Assembly (NCBI GenBank): GCA_013265495.1
Contig: MU058844.1
Location: forward strand, 7,873,260-7,937,259
From: Vicugna vicugna
Lineage: Eukaryota
DNA length: 64,000 bases
Direction of reading: 5' to 3'
Below the pieces are notes generated by a model. That model was not told the DNA's origin. It searched no databases and worked only from the letters and a program-made list of their open reading frames with translations. Of the stretch, positions 11,905-24,834 are shown in pieces. Made by a program: the position numbers and the translations under genes. Every line of letters starts with the position of its first letter. Position 1 is the stretch's first letter.

Positions 11905-13300
11905 TGATTTTTTTTCAGAGCATTTATCATGTATAAAATTAATTATTCAGAAGGCTATTTTGAGCATTTTTATAAATGTCTCTTGGTGTACTTGTTCACA
12001 AGGTTCTCTAGTTAAGAAGGCTTAATATAAAGTATCATAATTATTGTTTTGTACATTTGTTTAGATTTCCTCACATGCTTTATCATGTTCTTCTTTCTCC
12101 AATCCTCTTTGCATATCAATGTTCCTTCCCAGGTTAGCTTCCTTATTCTTGAAATGCATTCTATAGACATCCCTTTAGTAAGGATCTCGTATCAATAAAG
12201 CTTCTCACTCTGAAAACATCTATATTTCATCTTCCTTCTTCAAAATATATTCACTGGGAATAGAATTCCAGAATGAAAATTTTCTCTTAACATCTGTGTG
12301 GCTTTCTCGATCCCATTACTGAGAAATTCTTTGTTGTTATTGAGAAATTACCTGTCAGTCTAATTGAAGTTCCCTAATAAGTTATCTCTCTCCCTATTTT
12401 TAAGATCTGTTCTTGGTCTCTGGCAGTCTGTATTTTCACTGTGTTAGTTCCAGGTACAGATTTCTTTTTTTTTTTATCCTACGTGAGATTTGAGGGGGCA
12501 GGGTAGTGCTTCTTGAATCTAAGATCAGGTATCTTTCATCAATTTGGCAAATTTTTAGCCATTTATCTTTTTAATTACAGCTCCTCTCATTGCTTCTTTT
12601 ATCGTCTCCTAAAACTTCAATTAGTTTTACGGTGGAACATCTCTCTTCATTAAATTTTTCGGTTGCGTCTTCTCAAATTTCTTCAGCTCCATCTCCTGTT
12701 TACCATGTCTTCCAGCTTTGTCTAATCAGTGTTTATTACAGCTCCACGTTTTATTTCTAATATAAACAATTTTTTTTAATTCTGAAAGTTCTAGTTGGTT
12801 CTTTTTCCAATCAGACTTGTCAAACTGGACAATCAGAATTGATCATTTAAATAATGTTTCTTTCCTTCCTAAGCAATAACCATGTAAATTATGTAAACAT
12901 GTAAACTATATAAATTTTTTAAATTCAGTAATAATTCAGAAAAAGATTATATTTAACAGTAAAGATAAGTCTTTCCTTCCTTATAAATTCAAGGTACAAT
13001 TTCAATGTATAATTTCAACGTAGCTTTGTTTTTTAGGTAGTAAATACTTCAAATTCTATGTGTGATCTTTTCCCACATTGGCAGGTTTGGTAGTCTGATT
13101 CCATAGTTTGTTCCTAATGACTCTTATTGATGGTGTTTGTTTCCTTGTCTGTTTAGTCATTTTTGATGGTGATCTTCATATTCTCTGGAAATTTATCTGT
13201 AGAAATTCTTTGACTGGTTTTAAAGAACATCCCTTCATAGAGTATTTGCTTTTTTTCCACCAGTTTCCTTTACCCACAAGGTAAGATAGGCAAATACCCC
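11905..13300 (-). mobile_element. Old L1 fragments, reverse strand
   Basis: T-rich L1-like antisense sequence (CTGTCAGTCTAATTG, ATCTTTCATCAATTTGGCAAATTTTTAGCCATT). Confidence 0.6.
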
Positions 13301-13429
13301 TTACAACTAGGTGAAAAATATTTAATTTCTCCACTGTGGGTGTCACTCTGAATTTCCTGTCTTTTTACAAGGTTGTCTGTGCCAAGTATCTGTCCTCTTT
13401 GCTCTAGGGTTTTTCTCTTGAACTTTGAA

Positions 13430-14000
13430 TAAGTGGTCTTGCAAATCTAGGCTCTACAAGTTCCAGAACATGGGGAAACTCTACAAGATTAACCATCTGG
13501 TTTTTCCAACAAATAAATTGCAAGGAAAAGAGACTGAGATAATCCTTGTGGATTATAAAAGATTTATCAATTCAATCACTGGCAATTTAAATCTTATTTG
13601 GGTTCTGATTTAAGTGGAAAAGAATTAAAAAAAAAGACAGACAAACAAAAAAGCCAAACCATTGGGGAAATTTGAACACTGACTATATATTTGTCGATAT
13701 TGAGGAATTATGTTCATTTTTCAGGTGTGATAGTGGTAGTATGACTAAGTTGAAATAAAGAATGCTTATCTTTTAGAATAAAAAACTAAGACATTTACAG
13801 ATCAAATAATATAATGTCTTGGATTTGCTTGCAAACAATCCCATGTAGGGAGGGGCATAGTGGATAGAGATATAAATGAAATCAAATGAGTCATGAGTTG
13901 ATAATTGTTCAGCCTGGATGATGGTTTCACAGGGTTCATTAGACATTTATCTCAACTTTTGTGTATGTTTGAATTTTTATTTAAAAGAAAAAAGAAAAAA
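13430..14000 (+). mobile_element. Old L1 (L1ME/MC-like) 3' UTR
   Basis: GGGGAAATTTGAACACTGACTATATATTTG, ATGAGTTGATAATTGTTCAGCCTGGATGATGG, then an A-rich end. Confidence 0.7.
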
Positions 14001-14169
14001 AGGCCCCTGAAGAATGTCTTGACTTTCAAACCAGATCATCCATATGTTTAACAAAAATTCTTATGTTGAATCCAACACTTCTAAGTATGCTTTCCTGGGC
14101 AGCATCTCACTCATTATCTGATCTGCCTTATTTCAGGAAAGAAATGTCTCAAAATACTTCTTGAAGGTG

Positions 14170-14982
14170 ACCCTCTTCAGTTGCTCAACTAGAATCTTGA
14201 CTCTCTCGCCTGCTTCCTTCCATCAATAACTGTGTCCTGCAAATTCTACTTTCTAAATTTTTCACTTGTCTGTGCCCTTGAATCTCTCCATCTGCTTTGT
14301 CACCATTCTAGTCTGATCCACTGTCTTCTCACTTCTTTCACTCTGCAAATCGGACTAATCTTATCTCATTCAGTCTTGTCTACTTTAATCCGTACTTTAT
14401 ACAGCAGCTCAATTCATCTTTTGATCCATGCAAATTATATCATATCAGTCCCCTGCTTGAAACTCTATTATGCTTTATCGTGACCTGATTATAATTCTAA
14501 AATCCTTAAACAACCCCTGAAGCTCTGCACAAACTCACGTCTAGCCAAAAACTCCAGTTTCACACTGTGCTACTTGCCCTATGTTTATTCTTTACGATCC
14601 AGTCAAATGAGCCTTGGTTTCATTCTATGCTAAGCTCCTCCAGGGCTCCGAGCCCATGTGTATACTTTCTTCTGCCTGGAACTTCTTTCCTTTTCCCACA
14701 GCAACAAGCGACCACCTTACTCTTTTGGTCACAGCTTAATATCACTTCCTTAAAGGAAGATTTCCAAACACTACACTCTCACATGGGCAGTCCTGTATAC
14801 ATTTCTGCAGCCCTGGAGCCTTGTCTCAAGTAAAATTGCTTGATCAATATTTATCTTCCTCACTAGTCTGTAAGAATCAAGAAGGCAGGAACCACATTTT
14901 CTTGTTAACTATTCCATCTCTAGTGGCTAGGAAAATGATGACATATAACACATGCTCATTGAAGGTTTAGAATGAATAAACG
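14170..14982 (+). mobile_element. L2 3' portion
   Basis: TCCTGCAAATTCTACTTTCTAAAT..., GAAGGCAGGAACCACATTTTCTTG and terminal GAATGAATAAA. A short opposite-strand L2 follows at ~14990-15135. Confidence 0.7.
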
Positions 14983-16742
14983 TCAAGCACTATGTTACTT
15001 GCTACAAATAGAATGATGACCAATGTAAACACAGTCCCTACTTTCAGGGTGCTTACTGTGGAGAAGATGAATAATAAAATAGGAAGTTAATCTACAATAA
15101 ATGTGGCAAGCTATATGATAAAGAGAATACAGTGTGCAATGCTTTTCTTTTCTTTTGTCATTTCTTTCCTGGGGCCAGTGAGGCAAGTGGTTCGCAGTTT
15201 GCATCATTCTATGAATTCACAGTAATGACTATTTTTACCACTGACCCCCAAATTTTTTAAGTCAATATTATTAAATCATTTGTTGCCCTTTCTATTTGAG
15301 ATTGCTCCCACCTCCACACTCCATGCCAGGTTTTATATGTAACATGCCAGCCATGCAATAGACTTACAATTAACCCATGTCTCCATTGGAGACATCCAGG
15401 CATTAACATTACTGATGGGGATATTACAGAGGCCAGTTATAGGAACTAAGATAAACCTGGGGTTGGTTTCTACATGGAAGATTAACATTCATTCAGTTGC
15501 TACTATCATTTTTGTATTTTCAATTTGATTGAAAACTTGCTCACCTCACCACAACAGACACATATTAGGGGCCTAATTGACACTTCTGGATACATGGACT
15601 GAAACACTATTGGTACCACATTATAAATGCCTCCCAAGGCCAGGTGAATTGGAGTCAACACTCTTCTGTTATTAAGCACTCCATCAATGAATAGTATACT
15701 GCCGGCAGAATTTGGCAAGTGCTTAATCCTACACTGTTGGCACAATACTTTGGCTGTGTTCCAGTACTGTGTTCCTCTGGCGAGCTTAAAATCAGTAATA
15801 GGAGGGTTAATTCTGGCATCTTCTCAGCCCTTAAACTGAAGGTGTCTGCCTGTAATAAGAAAAGTCACCTTTGTCTATTTACTTATTTACCTTTCAGGAA
15901 ACAATGCTCGAGAGTGTGTGTTTTATCTGTATAGTGTCTATAAAATTTACAGCCATCTTTGCACATGAACAACAGTTTCTTGTAGAGCAATTCAATTTTT
16001 TTTTTCTTGTTTGTTTCTACAGAAAATCTGTTCCCCAGGCTCAGGACTTTTTTCTTTTTCCTTCCTTCAGGACATTGTTTAGAATGCCGAGGATGTTAGC
16101 CACGATAAGAGGATTCCAACAAGGACTTGTCATAAGCAATTGCATGTAATTTGGTTGAGTATGAGGTTGTGGGTGTGGATTTTGTCCTTGACACAATGTC
16201 TCTGCTGAATTACTGACAGTAATTTGCGGCTGTTCTGAATGTTCAGGAATCTCAAGCCCTGATACATATTATACTCTTCTTTTTGATGTCTGGAAGACCC
16301 ACAAGAGACACAATATATACTTTCTAACTTATTCTTTCCCTTTCAGACTCATTTCTTGTCTCAAGTCATCTCTGTTATTTCCTTACTCATCTCTCTGTTT
16401 CTTATTCTCTACCTTAACTGAACTCCCTTTCGCAAAAGGAAAGACATTTCTTTTCCCCTTTATGTATTTGGCTTCTGATTCCACAAAGGGCAAGCACTAC
16501 GAGACACTGTTTTCCAAGAATAACCTGAGGATGATTCCGTGGCTAAACTGATTTGAACCAGGAGCTCCATTCTTCTTGTTTTCTATGTGAGTCCCAATGG
16601 AGAGTCTTCTTTCCTCCAGAAATCTCATGTATTTTCCTGACATTTTTCTTGAACTTCTTTGGTGTTAAAATGAAGATGCCTAATAATAATATAAGTAATA
16701 ATGACAATTTATCTTTCATCTCTAATTTTAACATGAAGTATC

Positions 16743-16820
16743 CTTTGAAAAAAATTTTTAATTGAAGTACAGTCAATTACAATGTATCAATTTCTGGTGT
16801 ACAGCACAATGTCCCAGTCA
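16743..16820 (-). mobile_element. Extremely 5'-truncated young L1 (78 bp) with a perfect 15-bp TSD
   Basis: TSD TTAACATGAAGTATC at 16728-16742 and 16821-16835. Insert TTTTTAATTGAAGTACAGTCAATTACAATGTATCAATTTCTGGTG matches the L1 3' end at ~39645-39700. Confidence 0.9.
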
Positions 16821-16984
16821 TTAACATGAAGTATCTGACTTAAGGAAGTACATGGGCATATATTTTTTGAAATGTGAAAGACAATTTATATCTTCCTTTG
16901 CTTTAATGTTAGGAGTAACTGGCCTTTTGAAAACATTTACAGAGCACTTTCCTAACTTGAGAATTAGTTTTCATATGATCTGCT

Positions 16985-17150
16985 AGACCAACGTTTATCA
17001 AACCTTAACATACAAATGAATCACCTGGGGGTCCTGTTAAACTACAGATTCTGACTCAGTAGGTCTGAGGAGGGCCTGAGATTCTGGATTTTTAACAAGC
17101 TTCTAGGGGATGCTGATGTGGTAGTACGCACTGTTCTTTCAATGCAAGTG
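16985..17150. mobile_element. MER5A/B-like MITE
   Basis: GAATCACCTGGGGGTCCTGTTAAA..CAGATTCTGACTCAGTAGGTCTG..GGCCTGAGATTCTG..TTTTAACAAGCT. Confidence 0.8.
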
Positions 17151-18643
17151 CTACAGCAATCGCGACAAAGGAGAGAAGACCTTGACTTTGCTGCTCATCA
17201 CTACACCTGTTTTATCTACTGTAGTGTCTATTACATGCTTGGTTTTCAGTAAATATTTATTAAGAGAATAATGAACACCCTGAATAGTTCACAAGGCACT
17301 GAGAGTCATGGCAGACATTATGTTCCAAAAAGAAAGACGTTTTTCCATTTTACAGACATTCCAAAAAGTAAAGGGTTTTGCCTGTAGGTTACACAGTAGC
17401 AGAACCATAGCTAGCCTGCTTGTCTAGCTGCTGTTAATGAAGGATAGAAACCACTCCACTTTCCAGTGCCTGCTCACTTATTTTTTGCCTTTGAAGATGC
17501 CAGAGGTTTCCAGTGATTCTGGTGTACATAACTCTGCATTTGACTTCTATGAGTTACAGATGAAGCTGTCTAGGAGGAAGCAAATTTATCTTTGAAGTGC
17601 TTATATAGCCACTCACGTGGTCATGTATAAAAGCTCTTGTAAAACTGCATGGATTTTCCCAGAGACCATTTGTGCCTGTTTCTCTTTGAATGGTAAAATT
17701 TGGGAATATCATTTAGGAGGGAGGAAGATTTAAGATTCCAATTAAAAAAAAAAGGATTATTTAACATCACCATAACCCTCCTCCTAAAAAATTTCACAAA
17801 GAACAAAAATTCAAGGATATAATCACCTTGTTAAATTTGGAATTGCAAAAACAATGTGATCAGGAGGGAACATGAAGCCCTCCCATCAAGACTGTGATTT
17901 AGGGGCTACTATTAGTAGCTTCTGAAGTCGTGGGAGTAAATCATTTTCAAACGTTGGAAGCCAATTAACTGTAATGAAATATAGTTGAATAACAATTAGT
18001 AATTCTACTTCAAAGTATAGTAATGGATGGAAAATAAACTTTCCAAAGAAGCACATTCATTGTGCAGTTCTTTAAAAAACCACTTTAATTGTCAGGTCCC
18101 TTTTGATTCAAGGTGTTCAAAACCACATTTTAGCAGGAATTGTGACAGCTGGGAAAAATCACCTGCTAAGTTACTACCTTTTAATTACCCAAAGAAAGAA
18201 CAAAGTAGAAAGCATGACAAACTTAAATAGAAGAAATGAATTTAAAGTTAAGAAAGATATTATTCATGCACTCTGAGGTTAACTTAGCTCTCCCACGGAT
18301 GAGAGAAGAAAACCATGTCTCTTACTTACAACTCTTCCTGACTCCTTTCCCTGAACTCTCTCTAAGAAGATGACACCTTAGGGAAACTCCTTTGCCCTGC
18401 TGAATAGAGCAGCAGATAAGATAATTTTGGAGGATGCAGGGGAGGCAGGAGGCAGGAAGAGAAATAAACCATTGCTAAATTGTTCCAATAAGAGAAGGAA
18501 GTATGACTTATGAGAGGAAGGGTGGGGCAGACTGAAGACTGGAGTTGTGAAAACAGATGTGACAGCCGCCAAAGACGGAGAGCAGAGGTGATTAAAATGG
18601 ACTTTTAAGGAAGTTTTATATGGTGATAGGTTTTGTAAGGTCC

Positions 18644-18679
18644 ATCGATTCTCGGCCTTTTGGCTAAGATCAAGTGTAG
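18644..18679 (+). pseudogene. U2 snRNA 3'-truncated (tailless) retropseudogene, nt 1-36
   Basis: ATCGATTCTCGGCCTTTTGGCTAAGATCAAGTGTAG matches U2 nt 1-36 with one mismatch (C5A). Direct repeat TAGGTTTTGTAAGGTCCAT at 18627-18645 and 18677-18695. Confidence 0.95.
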
Positions 18680-18707
18680 GTTTTGTAAGGTCCATATCCA
18701 TCCAGTC

Positions 18708-18913
18708 TAGGGTTTCTCAGCCTGAGCATCAAGACATTTGGGGCTGGAAAGCTCCTAATTTGGGAAACATTCTTATGCATTCTATTAAGTTTCAGAGCAT
18801 GTGCTACCCACTAGAGACAACAGCACTCTTCCCCTACAGTGACACCCAAAAATGTCTCTAGACCTGGCTAAATGTCTCCTGGGGGCAAAATCACCCACAC
18901 TTGTGAACCACTG
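18708..18913 (+). mobile_element. MER20 hAT-Charlie element
   Basis: GACATTTGGGGCTGGA...AAAAATGTCTCTAGAC...AAATGTCTCCTGGGGGCAAAATCACCC...GAACCACTG; degenerate 8-bp TSD ATCCAGTC/ATCTAATC. Confidence 0.85.
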
Positions 18914-19544
18914 ATCTAATCTCAAACCTTCTGATAAAGGTCTACATTATTTATCCCCGCCTCAAGGGTTTAGTAGGTGTACATATGTAGCATTTTAATT
19001 TATTTTAGTGTTCCCATTTGTTTGCTTTCCTCAATGTGCAGATGGGTCTCAGTGCAGCCAAGGGAAAAGCAGTGGTTTCCAAGTGGGTCCGATTACATTC
19101 AGATGAACCCTTGAGGCTTTCTGTCTAGAATATTTTGCCCTAAAATGCAAGTACAGCTATAACTCAGCTTGAATTATCAACTTAGAATCAAGGCAAAAGG
19201 GCATCGCCATAATGACAGTGAAGGGCAAGTCAGTGCAGATCAAGCCAACAAGAGGTGTGATGACATCCAATTTAGAGTAAGAGTGTGGAAACCCCCCCCC
19301 CTCCATCATTCTTTCAGTTTTTGACAGCTGAGAGAGTTAAGGAAGTGTTCAAGAATGGCCATTTCCATTGAAAATGCTGGTGGACACAATGCTATAAAAT
19401 CTTATTCCAATAAAATAATCCAAGGGAATCCATGTGAAATTCTAGACTGAAAATGGCCATTTAACCCAAACTCTCCATACATCGTATGTCTTAATAAGTC
19501 ATATTTTCCCTGGAAAAGAAAATCAAAGAAAGGTCAGGGATGAA

Positions 19545-19765
19545 CAGATGTGTGATGGCAAATGTTTTACCAAAAGCTATTTGGAAAAAAAAAGCATTCA
19601 CTTGGAACATAAATTTGCCCATGTCTATGGTGTAAATACTCCCACCACGGTCAGTTTCAACATTGATATTGTCATTAACATGATATCACTGAACAGAGGG
19701 ATACAAATAATTGCACACAATTGGCTCTCTTGAACCCACAAGTGCAGGCTCTAACACACTACTAG
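19545..19765 (-). mobile_element. MER63-like hAT element
   Basis: GGTGTAAATACTCCCACCACGG..TTTCAA, CACTGAAC, CAATTGGCTCTC match the recalled reverse MER63. Confidence 0.65.
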
Positions 19766-21949
19766 GTGTGAAGCAGAAATGTTTGTGCTGGTTCAGAGCC
19801 TTGGTCTGCTTCACCTGCTCAAAATGATCCCGTGGAAAGAGAAATGCTTATAGGCTCTAGGGTATATTATAAAGTAGGTTTTAAAAACACTGATCTACCA
19901 GCCTCTGTGCCATTTCAAAATCCTTCCCTTTGGTATCTCTTCTCTCATTTTATAGAATAATTTAGTCACCTTTATCACTGAAATCTCTTGAGATGTTATT
20001 ATCTGGCACAGACTGATGAGAAACACTGGCACTCAGGCGAAAACTTATTTTAGGTATGTAACATGTTTACATTTGGTATGTCATATGGCTAAAGCACTGA
20101 AATCTGAAAGTACACACATACGTGGGATGTTGCCTTCCAAGTCGTGATTAGAACATGCCTCTTAGTGCTGTATTGTACATGAAGCCTCACAAGTACACAA
20201 GTAACAGAGATGACCTAGGAGTCTATAGGATTCCAGTACTGTAATGATATGAGAACTCAATGCCCCAAAGCTCTCTGTCTATAGAAGAACACTGCATTTC
20301 ATTCAGAAGAGCTTAAGAAAAGATGGAGAGATGTATGGGTTCTTATACTTATAAGTATATGTAAACAGTGGAGAGAGATTTGCCTGGAATATTTATACAG
20401 AGTCAAAAGATTCTGGTAGCAAGGTCTGGAAGGTTATGGGGAGTGCAGTTTAAAGGACTGGAAACGCCTGCAACAAGGTAGTCAATGATGTATCAGCACG
20501 TGGGCACAAGGGACTGAAAAAGCTTAGGACTCCCAAAGCTGGTACGCTTTTACAGATTATTGCAACCAAGTTAGAAAGAACAGGGGGGAAAGCAGAAGGT
20601 GTTTACCCTGGAGGAATAAATAAGAAAATCATGTGAAGCCCCAAGCTGGTGTAGGTCTGCCTTGGAGAACTTGGAGACCCGAGGTTGGCTTCTTGACCAC
20701 TAAGGCCCTCAGGAAGGAGGCTCAACTTCCAACTCCAGTCCAAAGGCTCCTGAGAGCCAGGCTGGGCCCTCAAATCTGCATCAAACGTGGTGACATATGA
20801 TGTAAGCAAGGTCACCATGATCACACGGGCGCTGTTCACTTAGAACTAGACCACGAGGCTGGCAGGAAAACTTTAAGATCACTCCACTCCCGGGAGATGG
20901 AGATCCTCCCAGATGTCATTGTCAGAAAGTAGCTCTGAACATCTGATCCCTTTTGAAGACATAGGTGGCACTAGGAGCTAGAGTGGACGGTTATTACACT
21001 CAGACCTGCTGAAGTTCTATCAGTGGACTTTCCTGAGTCCCAGGGTTGATTTGTGCCACAGAACAACATCCCCGGAGGTTTCAGTGATAATGTGGGGAGA
21101 GACTGTCAGAGTAAATAGTGCAACTCAGTGTAAAAAAGATCAGGAAGTTGGGATTTTTTTTGTTGCTGTTGTTTTGTTTTGTTTACTAAGAAGAATATGA
21201 TGGAAAATATTTTGCTATATATCAAAAGTAAGAAATATATATTATAGCAACCTAGTAAACACACACACACAATTGTAGCAAAAGTCTTACAAAACAAAAC
21301 GTCCTTATTTTCTGATCTACTATATTTCAATCAAAAACCACTGATCTTACCCTCTACACCGATTTCAGGATTCATTAATGGATAAATATCTATATTTTGG
21401 AAACGATGTTTTATAAAACTTCCTGTTTCAAGGTGAGTTGATCCTAAGGCTAAATTTTTCTACATAATAAAAGATCACAGACACACAAAGAGGGGAAAGA
21501 TTTTTAGAGGTCAAGGAGTTTGGTGGATCAATGCAAAAAATGGTGACAAAAAAAGCAGGAAAAACTGATTAGAGAGAGAGGAGAGGGGGTGGATTATGTA
21601 ACATTGACAGGATTAAGAGGCACTTTGAGAAAAGAACACATATGATTACAACGTATTTAAAGAAAGACAAAAAAAAAAACTGGTTTCAGCACAAACTAGC
21701 TATGTGGCCTTGGCCATAATAGCTGAGCTCTCCAAAGCTTGGGTTTTAAAGGATGAATAATAATAATATCTACCAAAAGGGAGTTATAAGAAAATATGCC
21801 TGAAGTATTCATAGTAAATTTAGCTATTATTGAAAGTTGTTGAATTTTTTAATGCTATTTTAACACATCTCAAAGAGCATAAAAGTATCTCTATCATGAG
21901 GTCCAGCTGTTTTACCCAATGGGGAAAAAACGCGGACAAAGATACACAT

Positions 21950-22320
21950 CACAAGATACTGGTCACAGTGTGGTTCACATTAACATAGAGTAGAAATAAT
22001 TCAGGTATTAAAAAACAGGATCACAGTAAGTAAATTAAGATATAACTATAGATAGAATATTTTATAGTTATTAAAAAGTGCTGTGATAATTTTTAAGGCA
22101 CATTAAGTACAAACAACAAAACTTTATATTATGGTATGACCTTAACAAACTAAATACACCTAGAAAAAGACTAAAAGGAAATAGAGTGTGCCAAGATTAT
22201 TAATAGTTGTTGTCTTTCCCTAAAAGCATAATGAGTGGAATATTTTCCCTATTTTTATGTCTTCCTACTCTCCAATATCTGTACAATGAATATAAATTCC
22301 TATAATGTTAAAACATTTTT
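21950..22320 (+). mobile_element. Old L1 (L1ME-like) 3' fragment
   Basis: TAGAATATTTTATAGTTATTAAAAAG, CTAGAAAAAGACTAAAAGGAAATA motifs. Confidence 0.5.
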
Positions 22321-22387
22321 TAAAAATTCTGTTACTTTCTATTTCTGGTCTTTATATAAAAAGATACAGATACGCATGCAGACATAG

Positions 22388-22425
22388 GTCTGTCTGTCTG
22401 TCCATCTATCTATCTATCTATCTAA
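22388..22425. repeat. (TCTG)n/(TCTA)n microsatellite
   Basis: GTCTGTCTGTCTGTCCATCTATCTATCTATCTATCTA seen directly. Confidence 0.85.
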
Positions 22426-23811
22426 TCTTATTTTTAGGAGGAAACTCAGAGGTATAGACAAAATTCCAATGAAGGAAATTACACAGACTTTACGCCCTTC
22501 CAACATTTGAGACAGTAAGCTCTCCAAAGACAAGCAGTATTGCTTTAAAATCTATTATAACCCACCTAGGACTCAGCTCAGTGAAATATACTGAGTGGTT
22601 GGTAGTAAATGATTGACTATATGAACTAAATATGTGAATATGACTGAATGTATAAATAAATGAATACTTGTAGCATAGATCTGATAAAGTACTCCTGAAA
22701 ATGATTCTTATTGCTTCATTTTTATTGTAAATTCTTTTGTACTTAGGACTTCATATCATGTGCATGTATCACTTACCCAAAAACGAAATAAACTTTAACT
22801 GTAAATAACTAAAAATATTAGTGATTATCCTATTTTTATAATACAAAATAGAATTCAGATGTGTTTTGATCATTCATATGCCATAAAGCACTGTAAGACT
22901 TAACAATAATTTGGAGATATAGTTCACTGCAGGTCCACAAAATTTTATTAGACATCTATTATATGATGGACTGTTATATACTAAGAACTCCAGAGATGCA
23001 GTGGGTATTCAAAGAACTATGAATACTCCAGGAAATAAGAATACCACACAAAAAAGAGACAGTGTTGTATTAACAGAGCCTAAGCAGCATGCTGTATTAT
23101 CTACTATGGAAAATACTTTATTATAAAATTTGAACTATCCATAGCCATTTTTTTTAAAATTTCATTTGTATCACTCCTAAGTTTTTATTAATCTCAAATA
23201 GCTATATGAATAAAAGATACTTTATTATTTTTATATCTCCTTTCTCTTTACCAATTATTGATAAACATAAGATTTATCATCATGATGTGATATGCAGATT
23301 TTATGTAAAAATAAATAAGATCACAATGTAATAGGCAGGACCAAAACGTAACCAAGTTATTTCACACAAAAATTGATGGCAATTTACCAGCACATTATTG
23401 CTGAGGCTTTTATGAGTGAGAAATTAATCAGAAGGAATAACATTATTATTGTTTATGTTGTTAGGAGTACAAGAGTAAAAGTTGCATGGTGTGAAACATT
23501 GTTAGGCATTCATTAAGCACATTACTAATTAAAGCTCTTCCACAACTTGCTGTATGAATAAGTAGCTAAACAGAATTGGACTTCATTCAATTAAGAATTT
23601 CTTTTTACGGTTCTTCATAGATGCATTGTTTTAAAGAATGAAGAAAGTGGCAAGTTACCGATTGCAAGTTATTATTTTAATCATGCCAATCTTTGCACAA
23701 TTGGTAACTGTTAAGACATGTCACTGATAAATGACTTTGGTCTCCATTTCCTCAATATTTCAGTATTATTGCAAAACAGGAGGTCATAATAATTGGACTG
23801 ATTTTTTTTCA

Positions 23812-24650
23812 AGTAATATTTATTGAGCTATACAGTAAGGACTAGGCTAGATGCTAAGTGAGTAAAATCTACAAATTTATTGCCCGAATAGGGATGTCAT
23901 TCCAGTGGGCAAGTTAAACATTAAATAAAGGAATAAAAATATAATCAAATTAAGTGTTGTTTTAAGTGCTATGAAAAATAAGAGTAGGTGGCAATGAAGC
24001 AGAAGTGAGGACGTGCAATCTATTTAGCTGGTAAGAGAAGTCCTCTCCCAGATGAGGATCTCTGAATGGAAACCTAGAGCATGAAAACTTGACACAGGAT
24101 GGCTGAGCTTTATAACCAGGAGGTAAAGGGCCAGGATGAGACTGGAGACGTAGGGAGGGGCAGATCACGCCAATTCCTAGATTTTGCTGGAGATACAACA
24201 GGAAGTCAATGGAGGCTCCAAGAAGAGGGGTGCCATGCCTGAATCCATATTTTTAATACATGGCTGCTTTGGGGAGTAAGTTGGAATGAGACAAGAATGG
24301 AAGTCGGGAGAGCAGTAAGGAGGTTCTTACAGCAGCCCTGACAAAGTATGATGGTGGCTTGGTCTAGAGTGGTAGCCATGGAAATTGAAAGCTCTGAACA
24401 TGTTTTGATCTGGGTTTGCTGATGGATTAGATGCAAAGAAAATGAAGAAGAGGCAGTACCATCAGGCAAGATGCCTACATTTCTACTTGAGCAACAGGTG
24501 AATGGTGGTGTCACTTACAAAAATTAGGAGTAGGTTTTGAGCGTAGAGAGTGGGATCAGTTGTTCAACCTGAGATGTGTTAAGTCTGAAGTGCCGTAAGC
24601 CAGGCAAGGGAGGTTAGATACACTAGGCGGAGAAGATTGAAATGTAGACA
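23812..24650 (-). mobile_element. L2 fragment, reverse strand
   Basis: TATTTATTGAGC..., GAGAGCAGTAAGGAGG..ACAGCAG, TGCTGATGGATTAGATG, GAGCAACAGGTGAATGGTGGTGTCAC. Confidence 0.75.
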
Positions 24651-24787
24651 TTATCGCAGGATCATTTATCATATTTATTCCAATAATCTACTGACGTATC
24701 TGCCTACCTTGATACAGTGTGAACCACCTGAGGACTTGTACATTTCCAGCTCATCACTGTTCCCCAAATTTCTGATGCTCACTACTG

Positions 24788-24834
24788 AATAAAAGAATGT
24801 ATGAATGAATAAAAGAATGTATGAATGAATGAAT
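24788..24834. repeat. 20-bp tandem duplication in an L2 (GAAT)n tail
   Basis: GAATAAAAGAATGTATGAAT occurs twice, followed by GAATGAAT. Confidence 0.8.

Noticed and set aside
15377..15395. Perfect palindrome ATGTCTCCA-T-TGGAGACAT
   Set aside because: Nine-bp arms are expected by chance in 64 kb; no supporting context.
18644..18679. Functional U2 snRNA gene
   Set aside because: Only 36 nt, no Sm site or 3' part, and flanked by TSDs.
20420..21100. Possible ancient LTR-like segments here and at ~28780-29290 and ~37170-37580
   Set aside because: Composition is suggestive, but I found no termini, TSD or recognisable consensus.
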